A stretch of DNA of 64,000 nt from Planctomycetota bacterium (GCA_038231435.1 JBBRLJ010000012.1:46690-110689); one strand, 5' to 3'; positions 26,985 to 36,313 are shown, numbered from the stretch's first letter. The notes: generated by a model from the sequence alone, not told the origin. Numbers and translations are program-made.

Positions 26985-29900
26985 TCAGGCCACCACGACG
27001 TAGCTGATCGAGGACATCTCCAGCCTCGCCCCGGCCAGCGCCGCGCTCAGCGCTCCGGCCTGGCGCTCCTCGTCCAGCGCCTCGGCCTGCGCGCGCAGCG
27101 TCTCGGCGTGGCTCGGGCCCAGGGCCGCTTCCGCCGCCGCCGCCTGGCCTCTCGCCACCGCCACGCTCTCGGCGAATCCCGCCTCGAGACGCGCCAGCTG
27201 CGCGTCTCGCATCGCCGGCAGGCTGGCTTCCGCATGGCGTATCGCCGCGGCGCCAGCGAGACGCACGCGGTCCTGCCAGCGGGTCACCTGGTCGAGCGGA
27301 CCCGCGACCATCGGCCGGGCCCAGGCGTCGCGGCTCGCGCCCTGGCTGATGGTCGTGTCGCCGTTGCGGACGTCGAAGCCCGGAGCCAGGAGCGCGAGCG
27401 CCTCGGGATCGGTCTCGACGGCGCCGTCGCCGCGCACGCACACGCTGATGCGCGACGGCGGCGCGATCAGGAACAGGCGGCGCAGGCTCTCGAGGCGCAG
27501 CTCGGCGGCGAGCACCGCGCCGAGATCGTAGCCGAGCGCGAACACCACGCGCACGCCTTCCCAGGCGGCGACGCCGCGCGCGGCCTTGCGCCGCCACGCC
27601 TGGGCCGCGCACCAGCGCGCGCCGGCGGCGTCGTCGAGAGTGCGGTCGACCAGGCCGTTGCCGACCGCGAAGAACGCCAGCTCCGGACGGCTGAGCGCGA
27701 GCTGGCGGTCGAGGGTACCGTGATCCGGCTTGTCGTTGTGGCGTGCGCGCAGGTGGAAGAGCTTGTGTGATTCATCGTCTCGGCGGGCGCTTCCGCCCAT
27801 GCCGCGCAGCCAGCGCAGCACGGCCTCGACCGGCGCCTGCGCGGTGTCTATCGCCTGCGCGAGCTTGGCGGCCTCGGCGAAGACGCCGGTCTCCTGCTGG
27901 AAGAGCTCCTCCTCGCGGCGGTCGGCGGTGGCGCGCTCGCGGGCCACGATCCCAGCGAGCTCGGGCTCGATCGCGCGCAGCGCCTCGGCGCCAGCGGCCA
28001 GGGTCGCGGCGAGCGAACGCGCCTCGATCGCATCGGTGACGAATTCGAGCCCAGACGACGGCCCGGTGAACACCCCCACCGCGCGTTCGAGGATATCCGC
28101 CCAGGCCGCGTCCACGCACTCGGGGGAGTCGCCGGCGATCACCCAGCTGGGCACGTCGCCGTCGCGCCCGATGCGGTCGACGCGCCCGATGCGCTGCTCG
28201 ACCCCGGCGATCGACCAGGGCAGATCGTGGTGCGCCACCACCGAGACGAACTGGAAGTTGCGGCCTTCGCCGCCGAGCGGATCGCAGACCATCGCCCAGC
28301 AGCGCGCGTCGTCGCGGAAGCGGCGCGCGGCCTCCTCGCGCGCGACGGTGTCCTGGTGCGCGCCGAAAGTCTCGATCGCGTGCTCGCCGAAGGTCTCGAT
28401 GAGGGCCTGCTCGAGCGGCGCGACGGTCAGGCCGTGGTTGGTGAAGATCAGCACCTTCTCTTGCGGATGCTCGATCCAGAATTCCTCGAGCCGCTTGATC
28501 AGGGCCTTGTCGCGCGACGGCACCTTCTTGCCCCACGCCGCGGCGGCGGCGCGCAATGCCTCGAGCGCCGGCGTCTCGTCGGGATTGTCGCAATGGCAGG
28601 CGGCGCTGACCGCGACGTGGGCGGTGATCTCGTTCTCGGACAGGTCGTTGCGCAGCACCTGCGATAACGTCTCGCCCGTGAGCGCGCGGTCGCGGTACTC
28701 GGCGAATTCCTCGGGATCGGCCAAGACCGTGGCGCGCATGGCCAGCAGGCGTTCGAGCACCCGCGGGTGCGCGCCCACCGCCAATTCGACCTGCAGCAGC
28801 CAGTGCGCGAGGCGGGGTGGGATCTCCCGAGGCCCGGTTCCGCCTGCTTGCGCTTCAGCGGCTTCGGTCGACGCAGCGGCTTCGGCAAGCTTGGGTTTGC
28901 GCTTCTTCTTGCCGCCAGCGGCGGGACTACCGCCAGCGGCGGAATTGCCGCCTACAGTGGAATCGCCATCTGCTGCGGCGCTGTCAGTCGGGGCGACGTC
29001 CATGGCTGTGACAGCCCCCGCGTACGGCGACATCAGCGCCGCGCGGTATGCGGCGAACTGCTCGCGCACCGACGCTTCAGCCTTGTCGAGGGTGTAGCCG
29101 ACGCGCTCGACGGTGCGCACGGCCATGGTCAGGCCGGCGACGCCGGTGGCCTGCGAGAGCCGGGCGAGCACGTGACGGCGGTGGCGGACGATGCGGTGAT
29201 CGAGCTGGTGGTGCTCGCGCACATGGGCCATGACCGATGCCCGCGCCGCTTCCAGCGCGGAGTCGTCGCCCGCCGCGGACAGCGCCTCGGCGCGGGCGGC
29301 GAGCAGGGGGTCGGCGCCGAGCAGTGCCTTCCACGCCGGAGCCAGCGCGCGCAGGCCATCAACCGTGGCGTCGCGAGTGCGGCCGAGCAGTTCGACGACG
29401 CGGTCGTGGGCGGCGAGCTTGGCGGCGAAGCCTTCGTGATCGTCGACGCGGTACACCTGCGGCTGCAGAAGCGCCAGCAGCGCGAGGTACGCGTCCGGAT
29501 GCTGGCGGGCGGGCGTCGCCGAGAGCAGCAGTACGTGCGGGCTGTGGCGGCTGAGCAGCGAGACGCGCTTGTAGAGCACGCCATGCGGCTGCATGCGGTG
29601 GCACTCGTCCACCACCAACAGGTCCCATTGCGACTGCGCGACGCGCAGCGCGCCCTTGTTGTCGAGTTCCTCGAGCGCGCGGTTCGAGGCGATGACGAAC
29701 TGCTCGTCCTTCCAGGGATTGCCCGGATGGGTCTGCAGGCGTTCGCTGTCGAGCATCAGGAAGGGGCGGCCGCCGAACTTGACGAACAACTCGAGGAACC
29801 ATTGGCTGACCAGCGCGCCGGGCACCACCACCAGCACGCGCAGGGTCGGCTGCATCGCCAGCAGCGACTGCATGACCAATCCCGCCTCGATGGTCTTGCC

Positions 29901-30500
29901 GAGTCCGACCTCGTCGGCGAGCAGGAAGCGGATCTGGCGATCGGCGAGCACACGCCGAGCCGTTAGCAGCTGGTGCGGCAGGGGGCGCACGCGCGCGCCG
30001 GCGAGCGAGACCACGCCGCCGGTTCCCGACCACGCCGAGTCGCGCCAGGCGAGCAGCTCCTCGCGCGCGCTGAAGATCGGCGGGCCCCAGGGCTCGGGCG
30101 GCGATCGCGTGCCATGTGCCGGGCGCAGGTCGTGGAAGGTCGCGGTGGCGAGTTGCTCGAGCGGATCCGAGGGGATCGTCACCGACGCGATGGCGTCCTC
30201 GCGAATCCGCGTCTCGACGCCGTCCTCGTAGCGCACGCCATAGACCAGCAGACCGCTGGTAGCGTCGCGCTGGATCCCCTGCGGCAGGATGTGCGCCGCG
30301 CGTGGCGCGGCGCCGGAGACCGCCACCGTCACGCGGGTGCCGGGCAGCAGCGCGTAGCGCGATACCTGGCGGCTCTCCTGCGTCTTGACCGCGCCGGTGG
30401 TGAGGAAGCGGATGGTGGAGTTGCCGCCCTGTTCGGCGGTCAAGCGCGCGACACCCTCGGATTGCAGTTCGGGAATCGCGACCAGGGCTCCGACGGGCAT
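26985..30500 (-). CDS. rapA: SNF2-family ATPase, RapA/HepA-like RNA polymerase-associated protein (1171 aa)
   Basis: LLADEVGLGKTIEAG, VVDECHRM, LLLSATP and GGEGRNFQ helicase motifs. There is an internal low-complexity A/G/K insert. Confidence 0.8.
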   Translation of the reverse strand: MPVGALVAIPELQSEGVARLTAEQGGNSTIRFLTTGAVKTQESRQVSRYALLPGTRVTVAVSGAAPRAAHILPQGIQRDATSGLLVYGVRYEDGVETRIREDAIASVTIPSDPLEQLATATFHDLRPAHGTRSPPEPWGPPIFSAREELLAWRDSAWSGTGGVVSLAGARVRPLPHQLLTARRVLADRQIRFLLADEVGLGKTIEAGLVMQSLLAMQPTLRVLVVVPGALVSQWFLELFVKFGGRPFLMLDSERLQTHPGNPWKDEQFVIASNRALEELDNKGALRVAQSQWDLLVVDECHRMQPHGVLYKRVSLLSRHSPHVLLLSATPARQHPDAYLALLALLQPQVYRVDDHEGFAAKLAAHDRVVELLGRTRDATVDGLRALAPAWKALLGADPLLAARAEALSAAGDDSALEAARASVMAHVREHHQLDHRIVRHRRHVLARLSQATGVAGLTMAVRTVERVGYTLDKAEASVREQFAAYRAALMSPYAGAVTAMDVAPTDSAAADGDSTVGGNSAAGGSPAAGGKKKRKPKLAEAAASTEAAEAQAGGTGPREIPPRLAHWLLQVELAVGAHPRVLERLLAMRATVLADPEEFAEYRDRALTGETLSQVLRNDLSENEITAHVAVSAACHCDNPDETPALEALRAAAAAWGKKVPSRDKALIKRLEEFWIEHPQEKVLIFTNHGLTVAPLEQALIETFGEHAIETFGAHQDTVAREEAARRFRDDARCWAMVCDPLGGEGRNFQFVSVVAHHDLPWSIAGVEQRIGRVDRIGRDGDVPSWVIAGDSPECVDAAWADILERAVGVFTGPSSGLEFVTDAIEARSLAATLAAGAEALRAIEPELAGIVARERATADRREEELFQQETGVFAEAAKLAQAIDTAQAPVEAVLRWLRGMGGSARRDDESHKLFHLRARHNDKPDHGTLDRQLALSRPELAFFAVGNGLVDRTLDDAAGARWCAAQAWRRKAARGVAAWEGVRVVFALGYDLGAVLAAELRLESLRRLFLIAPPSRISVCVRGDGAVETDPEALALLAPGFDVRNGDTTISQGASRDAWARPMVAGPLDQVTRWQDRVRLAGAAAIRHAEASLPAMRDAQLARLEAGFAESVAVARGQAAAAEAALGPSHAETLRAQAEALDEERQAGALSAALAGARLEMSSISYVVVA

Positions 30501-30529
30501 CGCGGGAGCTTAGATGGAGAGGTGAGAAG

Positions 30530-30585
30530 CGGAAAGCGGAAAGCTCAGAGGGAGCGGAGAGCAGAGAGTAGAGAGTAGAGAGCGG
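30530..30585. repeat. heptamer array, 8 units (CGGAAAG x2 ... AGAGTAG x2)
   Basis: cggaaag cggaaag ctcagag ggagcgg agagcag agagtag agagtag agagcgg. This is the reverse-complement family of the 20755 array. Confidence 0.75.
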
Positions 30586-30630
30586 AACGTCGCATGGCCG
30601 TTCGTCGTTCCCTGTCGACTTGTTGCTGTG

Positions 30631-30658
30631 CGCTCTCGGCTCTCTGCTCTTTGCCTCA
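30631..30658. repeat. heptamer array (SGCTCTY), inverted relative to 30558-30585
   Basis: cgctctc ggctctc tgctctt tgcctca. Confidence 0.55.
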
Positions 30659-30664
30659 TCAACA

Positions 30665-31366
30665 TCAAGGCCGCCATCCCCGCAGCTTGCGCACCGCGTC
30701 GCGATGCCCGTTGGCCTCGGCGAGATCGAGGGCGGTCTTGCCGTCGGCGGAGCGCACCGCGGGATCGGCACGATGGCGCTCGAGCACTTCGAGCATGGGC
30801 AGATCACCGCGTGCGGCGGCGTAGTGGAGCGGCGCGTAACCGCAGACTTCGTTCGGATCCGCGCCCTGCGACAGGAAGAAGGCGACGCCATCGAGTCTGC
30901 CGGCGAATGCCGAGGCGTGCAGCGGGGTGTTGGCGAGGCCGTTGCGCGAGCGCAGGCGGATGTCGGCACCCCCCGCCACCAGGGCCGCGCGCATGTCATC
31001 GTCGCCGGCCAGGTGCAGCGCCGTCCAACCATCGCCCGAGTAGGCGTTCGCGGCGGCTTCGTCGCCGGTGAGCGCCAGCACCCGTTCCAGATCGCCGACC
31101 GCGGCCGCCTCGACCACGTCGAGCTCGACGCCGCTATCGAGCAGCACCCCGAGCACACGGCGGTGGTCGTCGGTGACCTTGGCCGGATCCGCGAAGTGGA
31201 TCGTGTAGTACGCTTTGAGGATCGCCGAGGCGCCAGCGTCGAAGCCGTCCTTCACGCGTGCCCGTGCCAGGGCGGGATCACGCGCGAGCAGCTCCTTCAC
31301 CGTGGTGAGATCCCCTGCCGCGATGGCCGAAATCATGCGCTGCCCGTCATCGTCGTCCTGGCCCAT
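30665..31366 (-). CDS. ankyrin repeat protein
   Basis: Repeats such as GWTALHLAG, NTPLHASAFAGRLDGVAFFLSQGADPN, APLHYAAARGDLPMLEVLERHRADP and GKTALDLA. Confidence 0.8.
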   Translation of the reverse strand: MGQDDDDGQRMISAIAAGDLTTVKELLARDPALARARVKDGFDAGASAILKAYYTIHFADPAKVTDDHRRVLGVLLDSGVELDVVEAAAVGDLERVLALTGDEAAANAYSGDGWTALHLAGDDDMRAALVAGGADIRLRSRNGLANTPLHASAFAGRLDGVAFFLSQGADPNEVCGYAPLHYAAARGDLPMLEVLERHRADPAVRSADGKTALDLAEANGHRDAVRKLRGWRP

Positions 31367-31491
31367 CGGTCGCTCCTGGTCATGGCGCGTGCGCGCGCAT
31401 GCGAGTGGATGGATACTGGCTGATCGGCACGCGTAAACGGAAAGGCGTGGCGCTGGCCGGAGGGGCGCTTTGCGGTGGCCCGCTCGTCGCC

Positions 31492-32508
31492 ATGCTGCGA
31501 TCCCCGACCATGGACGTCACGACCAGCGATGATGGAGACCGGAGGAAGACAGGTTCGCGTAAGCATCGGCGGGCCTACGCGGCCCTGGTGGTCGGCGCGC
31601 TCGGCATCGGGGTGGCGCCGTTGTTCGTGCGCTGGATCCACCAGGACTACCACGTGGGTCCGACGGCGATCGCGTTCTGGCGCATGGTGTTCGCGCTGCC
31701 GGTGTTCGCAGTGGTACTGGGTCTGCGCAGAGGCCGGTCGATCCCCGTCAACGCCGCCGATCTTGACGCCGTGCATGTCCTCGATCATGCCGCCGTGGAA
31801 GCGCCCGCTATCCAGACCGCCGGCACCGTCGATCCGAGCCGGGCGTGGGTGGCCGCGGCGGGGATCTTTTTCGCCGCGGATCTCGCGATGTGGCACTGGT
31901 CTTTGATCGAGACCTCGATCGCCAACGCCACGCTGCTCGGCAATCTCGCTCCGGTCTTCGTGGCCGCGGGGGCGGCGGCGCTCTTCGCTCAGCCGTGCAG
32001 CCGTTGGTTTGCCATCGCCCTGGCATTCACCGTGCTGGGCGGGGCGTGCCTGGTCGCGTCCAGCGCCGATCTCGGACGCGAACATCTCCAGGGCGATGGA
32101 CTGGCGCTCGGATCCGCCGTCATGTACGCCGCCTACATCTTGACGGTTTCGCGCCTGCGCCGGCGCTTCGAGGCGATGGCGATCATGACCTGGTCTGGAA
32201 CCGTCGCGATGGCGGTGTTCCTGGCGATCGCACTTATCGCTGGCGATTCCTTCCGCCCCACAGCTGGCGGCGGATGGCTGGCGTTGCTGGCGTTCGCGCT
32301 GGTGTCGCAGGTGCTGGGACAGGGCCTGGTCGTCTATGCGCTGGACGTGGTATCCGCGCCATTCACCTCGGTGATGCTGCTGATCCAGCCGGTGCTCGCG
32401 ACCCTGCTCGCCTGGCCGCTCTTCGGTGAGCCGATCGGTTCGCTGCAGGCGGTGGGCGCGGTAGTGGTCCTCGCGGCCATCGTGCTGGCGAAGCGATCAT
32501 CGCCATGA
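31492..32508 (+). CDS. EamA/DMT family transporter
   Basis: About ten hydrophobic helices in two EamA-like halves. The start is uncertain: the track gives 31399, with ATGs also at 31492 and 31510. Confidence 0.7.
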   Translation: MLRSPTMDVTTSDDGDRRKTGSRKHRRAYAALVVGALGIGVAPLFVRWIHQDYHVGPTAIAFWRMVFALPVFAVVLGLRRGRSIPVNAADLDAVHVLDHAAVEAPAIQTAGTVDPSRAWVAAAGIFFAADLAMWHWSLIETSIANATLLGNLAPVFVAAGAAALFAQPCSRWFAIALAFTVLGGACLVASSADLGREHLQGDGLALGSAVMYAAYILTVSRLRRRFEAMAIMTWSGTVAMAVFLAIALIAGDSFRPTAGGGWLALLAFALVSQVLGQGLVVYALDVVSAPFTSVMLLIQPVLATLLAWPLFGEPIGSLQAVGAVVVLAAIVLAKRSSP

Positions 32509-33486
32509 TCACCGCCTGATCTGCTGCACCTGAGCCGCCGTGAGCGTTGGCTCGGACCTCGGCTTCGACAAGATGATCGCCGCGACCGCGATGACGATGA
32601 GCGCGCCGGCGCCCAGCATCATCGGCGTCACCTGTTCGTCCTTCATCGCCCAACCGAGCAGCACCGCCACCGCGGGATTGACGAACGCGTAGGTCGCGAC
32701 CTTCGCCGGCGCCACCCAGCGCAGCAGGAACATGAAGGCGCAGAAGCCGACGATCGCGCCGATCACCACCAGGTAGACCAGCGCAAGCAGCGAGCGCAGG
32801 CTGACCTGAGACGGCTCGAATCCCGCCGGTTCACCGGTGACGATCGACAGCATCAGCAGTGCGATGCCCCCGCAGATCATCTGCAGGGCCGAGGACATCC
32901 ACGGCGACTCCGGCAGCGGCAGCCCCTTCGAGCTCAGCGAGCCGATGGACCAGCAGAGCGCCGAGACCAGCACCACCATCGAGCCGACCACCACGTGCGC
33001 GCGCTCGATCACCGCCGCGCCCGACGTCGCAGACGCGGCGGGCGCCGACATCAGCAGGAGCGCGACGCCGCCCAGCCCTATCGCCAGGCCCGCAGCCTGC
33101 ATTGGCCGGGGAGCCGCCGATTTTCCCATGCTCCAGGGGATCACCGTCATCCACATCGGCGTGGTTGCGACGATCAGCGCTGCCGTGCCGGATGGCACCC
33201 AGCGCTCGGCCCATGACACCAGGCCATTGCCGCCGACGAACAGCAAGGTGCCGACGATGGTGGCCGAGCGCAGCTGCGTGCGATCAGGCGCCGGCTCGCC
33301 GCGCAGGCGCATGATGGCATAGAGGATGCCACCGGCGACGAGGAAGCGCGCGGTGGCCATCAGGAACGGCGGCATGGTCTCGATGGCGATCGCGATGCCG
33401 AGGTACGTGCTGCCCCACACCACGTAGAGCGCGAGGAAGGCGAAGACGATGGCGGCCGTCGAGGGCCGGCGTGCGGAGGGGGGCAT
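32509..33486 (-). CDS. EamA/DMT family transporter
   Basis: From the ATG at 33486 the product reads MPPSARRPSTAAIVFAFLALYVVWGSTYLGIAIAIE... This is a typical RhaT/EamA N-terminus followed by 10 TM helices. Confidence 0.8.
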   Translation of the reverse strand: MPPSARRPSTAAIVFAFLALYVVWGSTYLGIAIAIETMPPFLMATARFLVAGGILYAIMRLRGEPAPDRTQLRSATIVGTLLFVGGNGLVSWAERWVPSGTAALIVATTPMWMTVIPWSMGKSAAPRPMQAAGLAIGLGGVALLLMSAPAASATSGAAVIERAHVVVGSMVVLVSALCWSIGSLSSKGLPLPESPWMSSALQMICGGIALLMLSIVTGEPAGFEPSQVSLRSLLALVYLVVIGAIVGFCAFMFLLRWVAPAKVATYAFVNPAVAVLLGWAMKDEQVTPMMLGAGALIVIAVAAIILSKPRSEPTLTAAQVQQIRR

Positions 33487-33813
33487 GGGATGTTCGTTGA
33501 TGTCCGTTGGCGAAAGGGAGATGGTCGCGCGAGCGGCGACCCTCAAGGCGATTCGGGATTAGAGCGTAGCTCGTACCCGAATTCGCGCGCAACGGTCCGG
33601 ATACCCGAGGTCGATAATCCCCCGAAGCCCGTGCATCCCGCCGCATCTCATCCATCGCACCATAGCCGCCGCCCACGCGATCCCGAAGGCGCCGATCGGG
33701 CGCTCCTGATTCGTCTCGATGTGGGGAACGAGCGGCATGACTGAAGTCTCACAAAAGTGTCGCGCCAGGCAAGGAGCCGCGGGCGTGTAGAGGCCTCCGC
33801 CCCTACGGCCTGC

Positions 33814-33838
33814 GGCCCGGGGGCGGAGCCCCCGAAAC
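33814..33838 (+). repeat. 25-nt direct repeat GGCCCGGGGGCGGAGCCCCCGAAAC (mini-hairpin motif), left copy
   Basis: Identical to 34022-34046. The two copies bracket A3. Confidence 0.9.
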
Positions 33839-33895
33839 AAATACAGCTAGAGGACTCCACTGCCCGCAGGACGCAGCCCCTGAAAATTCACGCAC

Positions 33896-34022
33896 TCGGG
33901 GGCCCCATCGCCCGCGATGGGGCGGACGCCGAGGGGCGGTCGGCGGATACAATCGGCGTAGCCGATCCGCCGACGATGTCGTAGCGCAGCGTAGACATCG
34001 AGCCCCGACAAAGGCCGTGGGG
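33896..34022 (+). repeat. structured intergenic repeat, family A, copy A3
   Basis: It has the same three hairpins as A1, including the 5' CCATCGC-CC-GCGATGG. The main hairpin differs only in the bulge (ATACA vs ATACC). Confidence 0.88.
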
Positions 34023-34046
34023 GCCCGGGGGCGGAGCCCCCGAAAC
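34022..34046 (+). repeat. 25-nt direct repeat GGCCCGGGGGCGGAGCCCCCGAAAC, right copy
   Basis: Identical to 33814-33838. It abuts the stop codon (34046-34048) of the minus-strand PhyH gene. Confidence 0.9.
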
Positions 34047-34843
34047 TAAAAGAGCTTGGGATTGCGCGGCGTCGCGATCGGCTCGCCGATCACCGCCCCC
34101 GGCATCCATCCCAGGTCGGCCTCTTGGTTGACGCTAGCCGGCTTCGCCAGGCGCATGCCGTCCTCGAAGTAGATGACGGTCATGACCGCGCGCGGCCGCT
34201 CGGTGCGGTTTGGCCCAGCGCGGTGGAAGGTCCAGCCGCTATGGAAGCTGACCTCGCCGAGCGCGAACGCCGAGACCTCGACGGGGAGATCCTTGAGCGT
34301 CTTGGCGAGCACGCGCTCGCTCTCGTCGCCGATCACCAGGTTGCGGCCGAAATCAGCGCGGTGGCTGGTGACCGAGAACTCGAGCGGGCCCATCTCGAGG
34401 GGCACGGCCTGGAAGGGCGCCCACACCGTGCAGCAGTTGTTGTTGCCGAGTGGCCAATACGCCTGGTCGGCATGCCACGGCGTGAAACCGCCACCGGGCT
34501 CCTTGTAGAGGGCTTGATCGTGGTACATGCGTACGCCGGCCACGCCCATCAGTTCGGCGGCGATGCGCGCGAGGCGCTTCGAGAACACGAATTCGCGCGC
34601 GGTCTGGTCGCGCTCCCAGAGGTTCATGACCTGCAGGAATGCCTTGCCGTAGGTGTCGCGCGCTTCGATCGGTCGCTTGTCGCCGAGCTCACGCACCAGA
34701 GCGCTGATGCGCGAACCGTAGTGCTCGAGGAGGTTCGCGCCGAGCACGTCGCGGAGCTTGATGAAGCCCTGCTCGTGGAAACTGGCGATCTGCTCGCGGC
34801 TCAGCGGATAGTGGGTGTCCAGATCGTGCAGCAAGGCGGGCAT
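34046..34843 (-). CDS. phytanoyl-CoA dioxygenase (PhyH) family Fe(II)/2OG oxygenase
   Basis: MPALLHDLDTHYPLSREQIASFHEQGFIKL, TPWHADQAYW (HxD) and a distal His (FHSGWTFH). Confidence 0.8.
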   Translation of the reverse strand: MPALLHDLDTHYPLSREQIASFHEQGFIKLRDVLGANLLEHYGSRISALVRELGDKRPIEARDTYGKAFLQVMNLWERDQTAREFVFSKRLARIAAELMGVAGVRMYHDQALYKEPGGGFTPWHADQAYWPLGNNNCCTVWAPFQAVPLEMGPLEFSVTSHRADFGRNLVIGDESERVLAKTLKDLPVEVSAFALGEVSFHSGWTFHRAGPNRTERPRAVMTVIYFEDGMRLAKPASVNQEADLGWMPGAVIGEPIATPRNPKLF

Positions 34844-34917
34844 GGGCGGCTCCTGGAATAGTCTACCCCGGTTGGCCCGTGCTGGCCACTACCCCTCAGT
34901 CAACCGCGACAGGTACG

Positions 34918-35316
34918 ATGTTGCCATGCAGCCGAGCCGCAGTCGCGAACCGGAGCAAGCGTTCCAGGTTCCACGAGCTCATATCGGTCGGCACGGGAGC
35001 GAACTTCCCGTGCAAGGGCGCGGTTGTCCCCACCTTCGAATTCTCCTGGCATGAGCATCCCGGGATCGAATTGACGTTGACCGTAGAGCGGCGCGGCACG
35101 CGCCATGACGGTGACGCGGTCGGGGGAATTCGCCGCGGGCTTCTTCACCTGATCGGCTCGGACTCTGCGCATACCGGCAAGCACCGCGCCGGCTCCCGGG
35201 CGGACCGCGCATTCGATCTTTGCCGAGTATCGGAGGGCTGCGCAAGGATGGTGGGGTCAACGGTATTCCACTTGTTGTTCAACCGAGTTGAATATAAATC
35301 ATACCAGTTGACATGA
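34918..35316 (+). pseudogene. possible remnant of an AraC-family regulator (N-terminal cupin part only)
   Basis: FEFSWHEHPGIELTLTVERRGTRHDGDAV...LLHLIGSDSAH resembles the cupin sensor domain of AraC regulators (F.WH.HPE.EL...G.G.R..GD...GDL.LIG...PH). No HTH follows. The ORF tail is AT-rich with low GC3. Confidence 0.3.
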
Positions 35317-36245
35317 GCGATCAGACCACCGTCCGAAGCCTCACCAACGTCCTGGGCAAACGCTCGGTGCGTATGGCCATGCTGAACACCATGGCGGACC
35401 TCGACGTCAATGCCTCGATCGCGCGCCAGGCGTCGTGGGGCATCAGGGACCTCGACCTCAAGGACGGCATCTTCGGCAAGGCGGTGCTCGACCTCGACGA
35501 CACGGAGGCGGCCGCCGTCATCGCTTCGGCCAGGGATCACGGCATGACCGTCCATTGCCTGTCTACGTCCCTGTTCTTCGACGATGTCGAGCTTGGCGAG
35601 GAACGATTCCGCATGCACCATCTGGCGCGGATCGATCGTGCTATCGCCATTGCCCGCATCATGCGGCCGCGGTTGGTGCGGCTGCTCGCCGCGCGTTCTT
35701 CGCGACCGCGGCCACTAGGCGAGAACGCGATCGAGCGCCTGGACCGCGACCATCCATGGCTGGTGGGGATGTACGCCGAGGCCATCGATCGACTGCACGC
35801 GGCCGGGTTCGGTTCCACCATCGAGAACGAGGTCCACGGCTGCGTACTATCGACGCCAGACGAAGTGCTGGCGTTGTTCGCCAGGCTCGGTCGTCGCGAC
35901 CGACTGTGCTTCACCTGGGACGTGCAGAACCTGTGGGAGCAGGGGACTTTTCCCACCGTGGCAGTGTATGAGCGGCTGCGACCGCTGATCGGGTACTACC
36001 ATCTCAAGGGCGGTCGTAGTGAATCCGTCGGAGATGGCGCCGGCGAGCCACTGGTGTGGAATTGCGGGCTCGCTGATGCGTCATGGCCGGTGATCGAGCT
36101 CACGCAGCGCGTGGCGAGAGATGGAGTGAGTCCGGTGATGTGTCTGAATCCGTCGCATGGGAAGCGGATCGATGGCTACGATTACGCCGATGCGGCGTGG
36201 CGGGATCTGGTGTACCTGAGGGGGGCTGTCGCTGAGATCGGGTGA
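35313..36245 (+). CDS. sugar phosphate isomerase/epimerase (xylose isomerase-like TIM barrel)
   Basis: The pattern and size fit an AP-endonuclease-2/TIM barrel: LDLKDGIFGK..., RLVRLLA, IENEVHGCVLSTPDE and YYHLKGG. The family call is moderate. Confidence 0.6.
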   Translation: MSDQTTVRSLTNVLGKRSVRMAMLNTMADLDVNASIARQASWGIRDLDLKDGIFGKAVLDLDDTEAAAVIASARDHGMTVHCLSTSLFFDDVELGEERFRMHHLARIDRAIAIARIMRPRLVRLLAARSSRPRPLGENAIERLDRDHPWLVGMYAEAIDRLHAAGFGSTIENEVHGCVLSTPDEVLALFARLGRRDRLCFTWDVQNLWEQGTFPTVAVYERLRPLIGYYHLKGGRSESVGDGAGEPLVWNCGLADASWPVIELTQRVARDGVSPVMCLNPSHGKRIDGYDYADAAWRDLVYLRGAVAEIG

Positions 36246-36257
36246 GAGGAGGAGAAA

Positions 36258-36313
36258 AGCGGGAGTCGAGAAGCAGAAAGCACAAAGCGGCGAGCGGCGA
36301 GCGGCGAGCGAGC
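36258..36313. repeat. heptamer array (AGCGGCG)-type, 8 units
   Basis: agcggga gtcgaga agcagaa agcacaa agcggcg agcggcg agcggcg agcgagc, between convergent genes. Confidence 0.8.

Noticed and set aside
33559-33738. Small minus-strand ORF MPLVPHIETNQERPIGAFGIAWAAAM... upstream of the EamA gene
   Set aside because: GC3 is high only for ~25 codons and then decays. There is no recognisable family and no RBS. It may be a gene fragment, but I cannot support it.
35281-35316. The ATGA overlap between the AraC-remnant ORF and the TIM-barrel gene as evidence that the remnant is translated
   Set aside because: The last ~17 codons of the upstream ORF are AT3-rich, unlike genuine coding sequence here. The overlap is probably coincidental, with promoter-like AT-rich DNA in front of the TIM-barrel gene.
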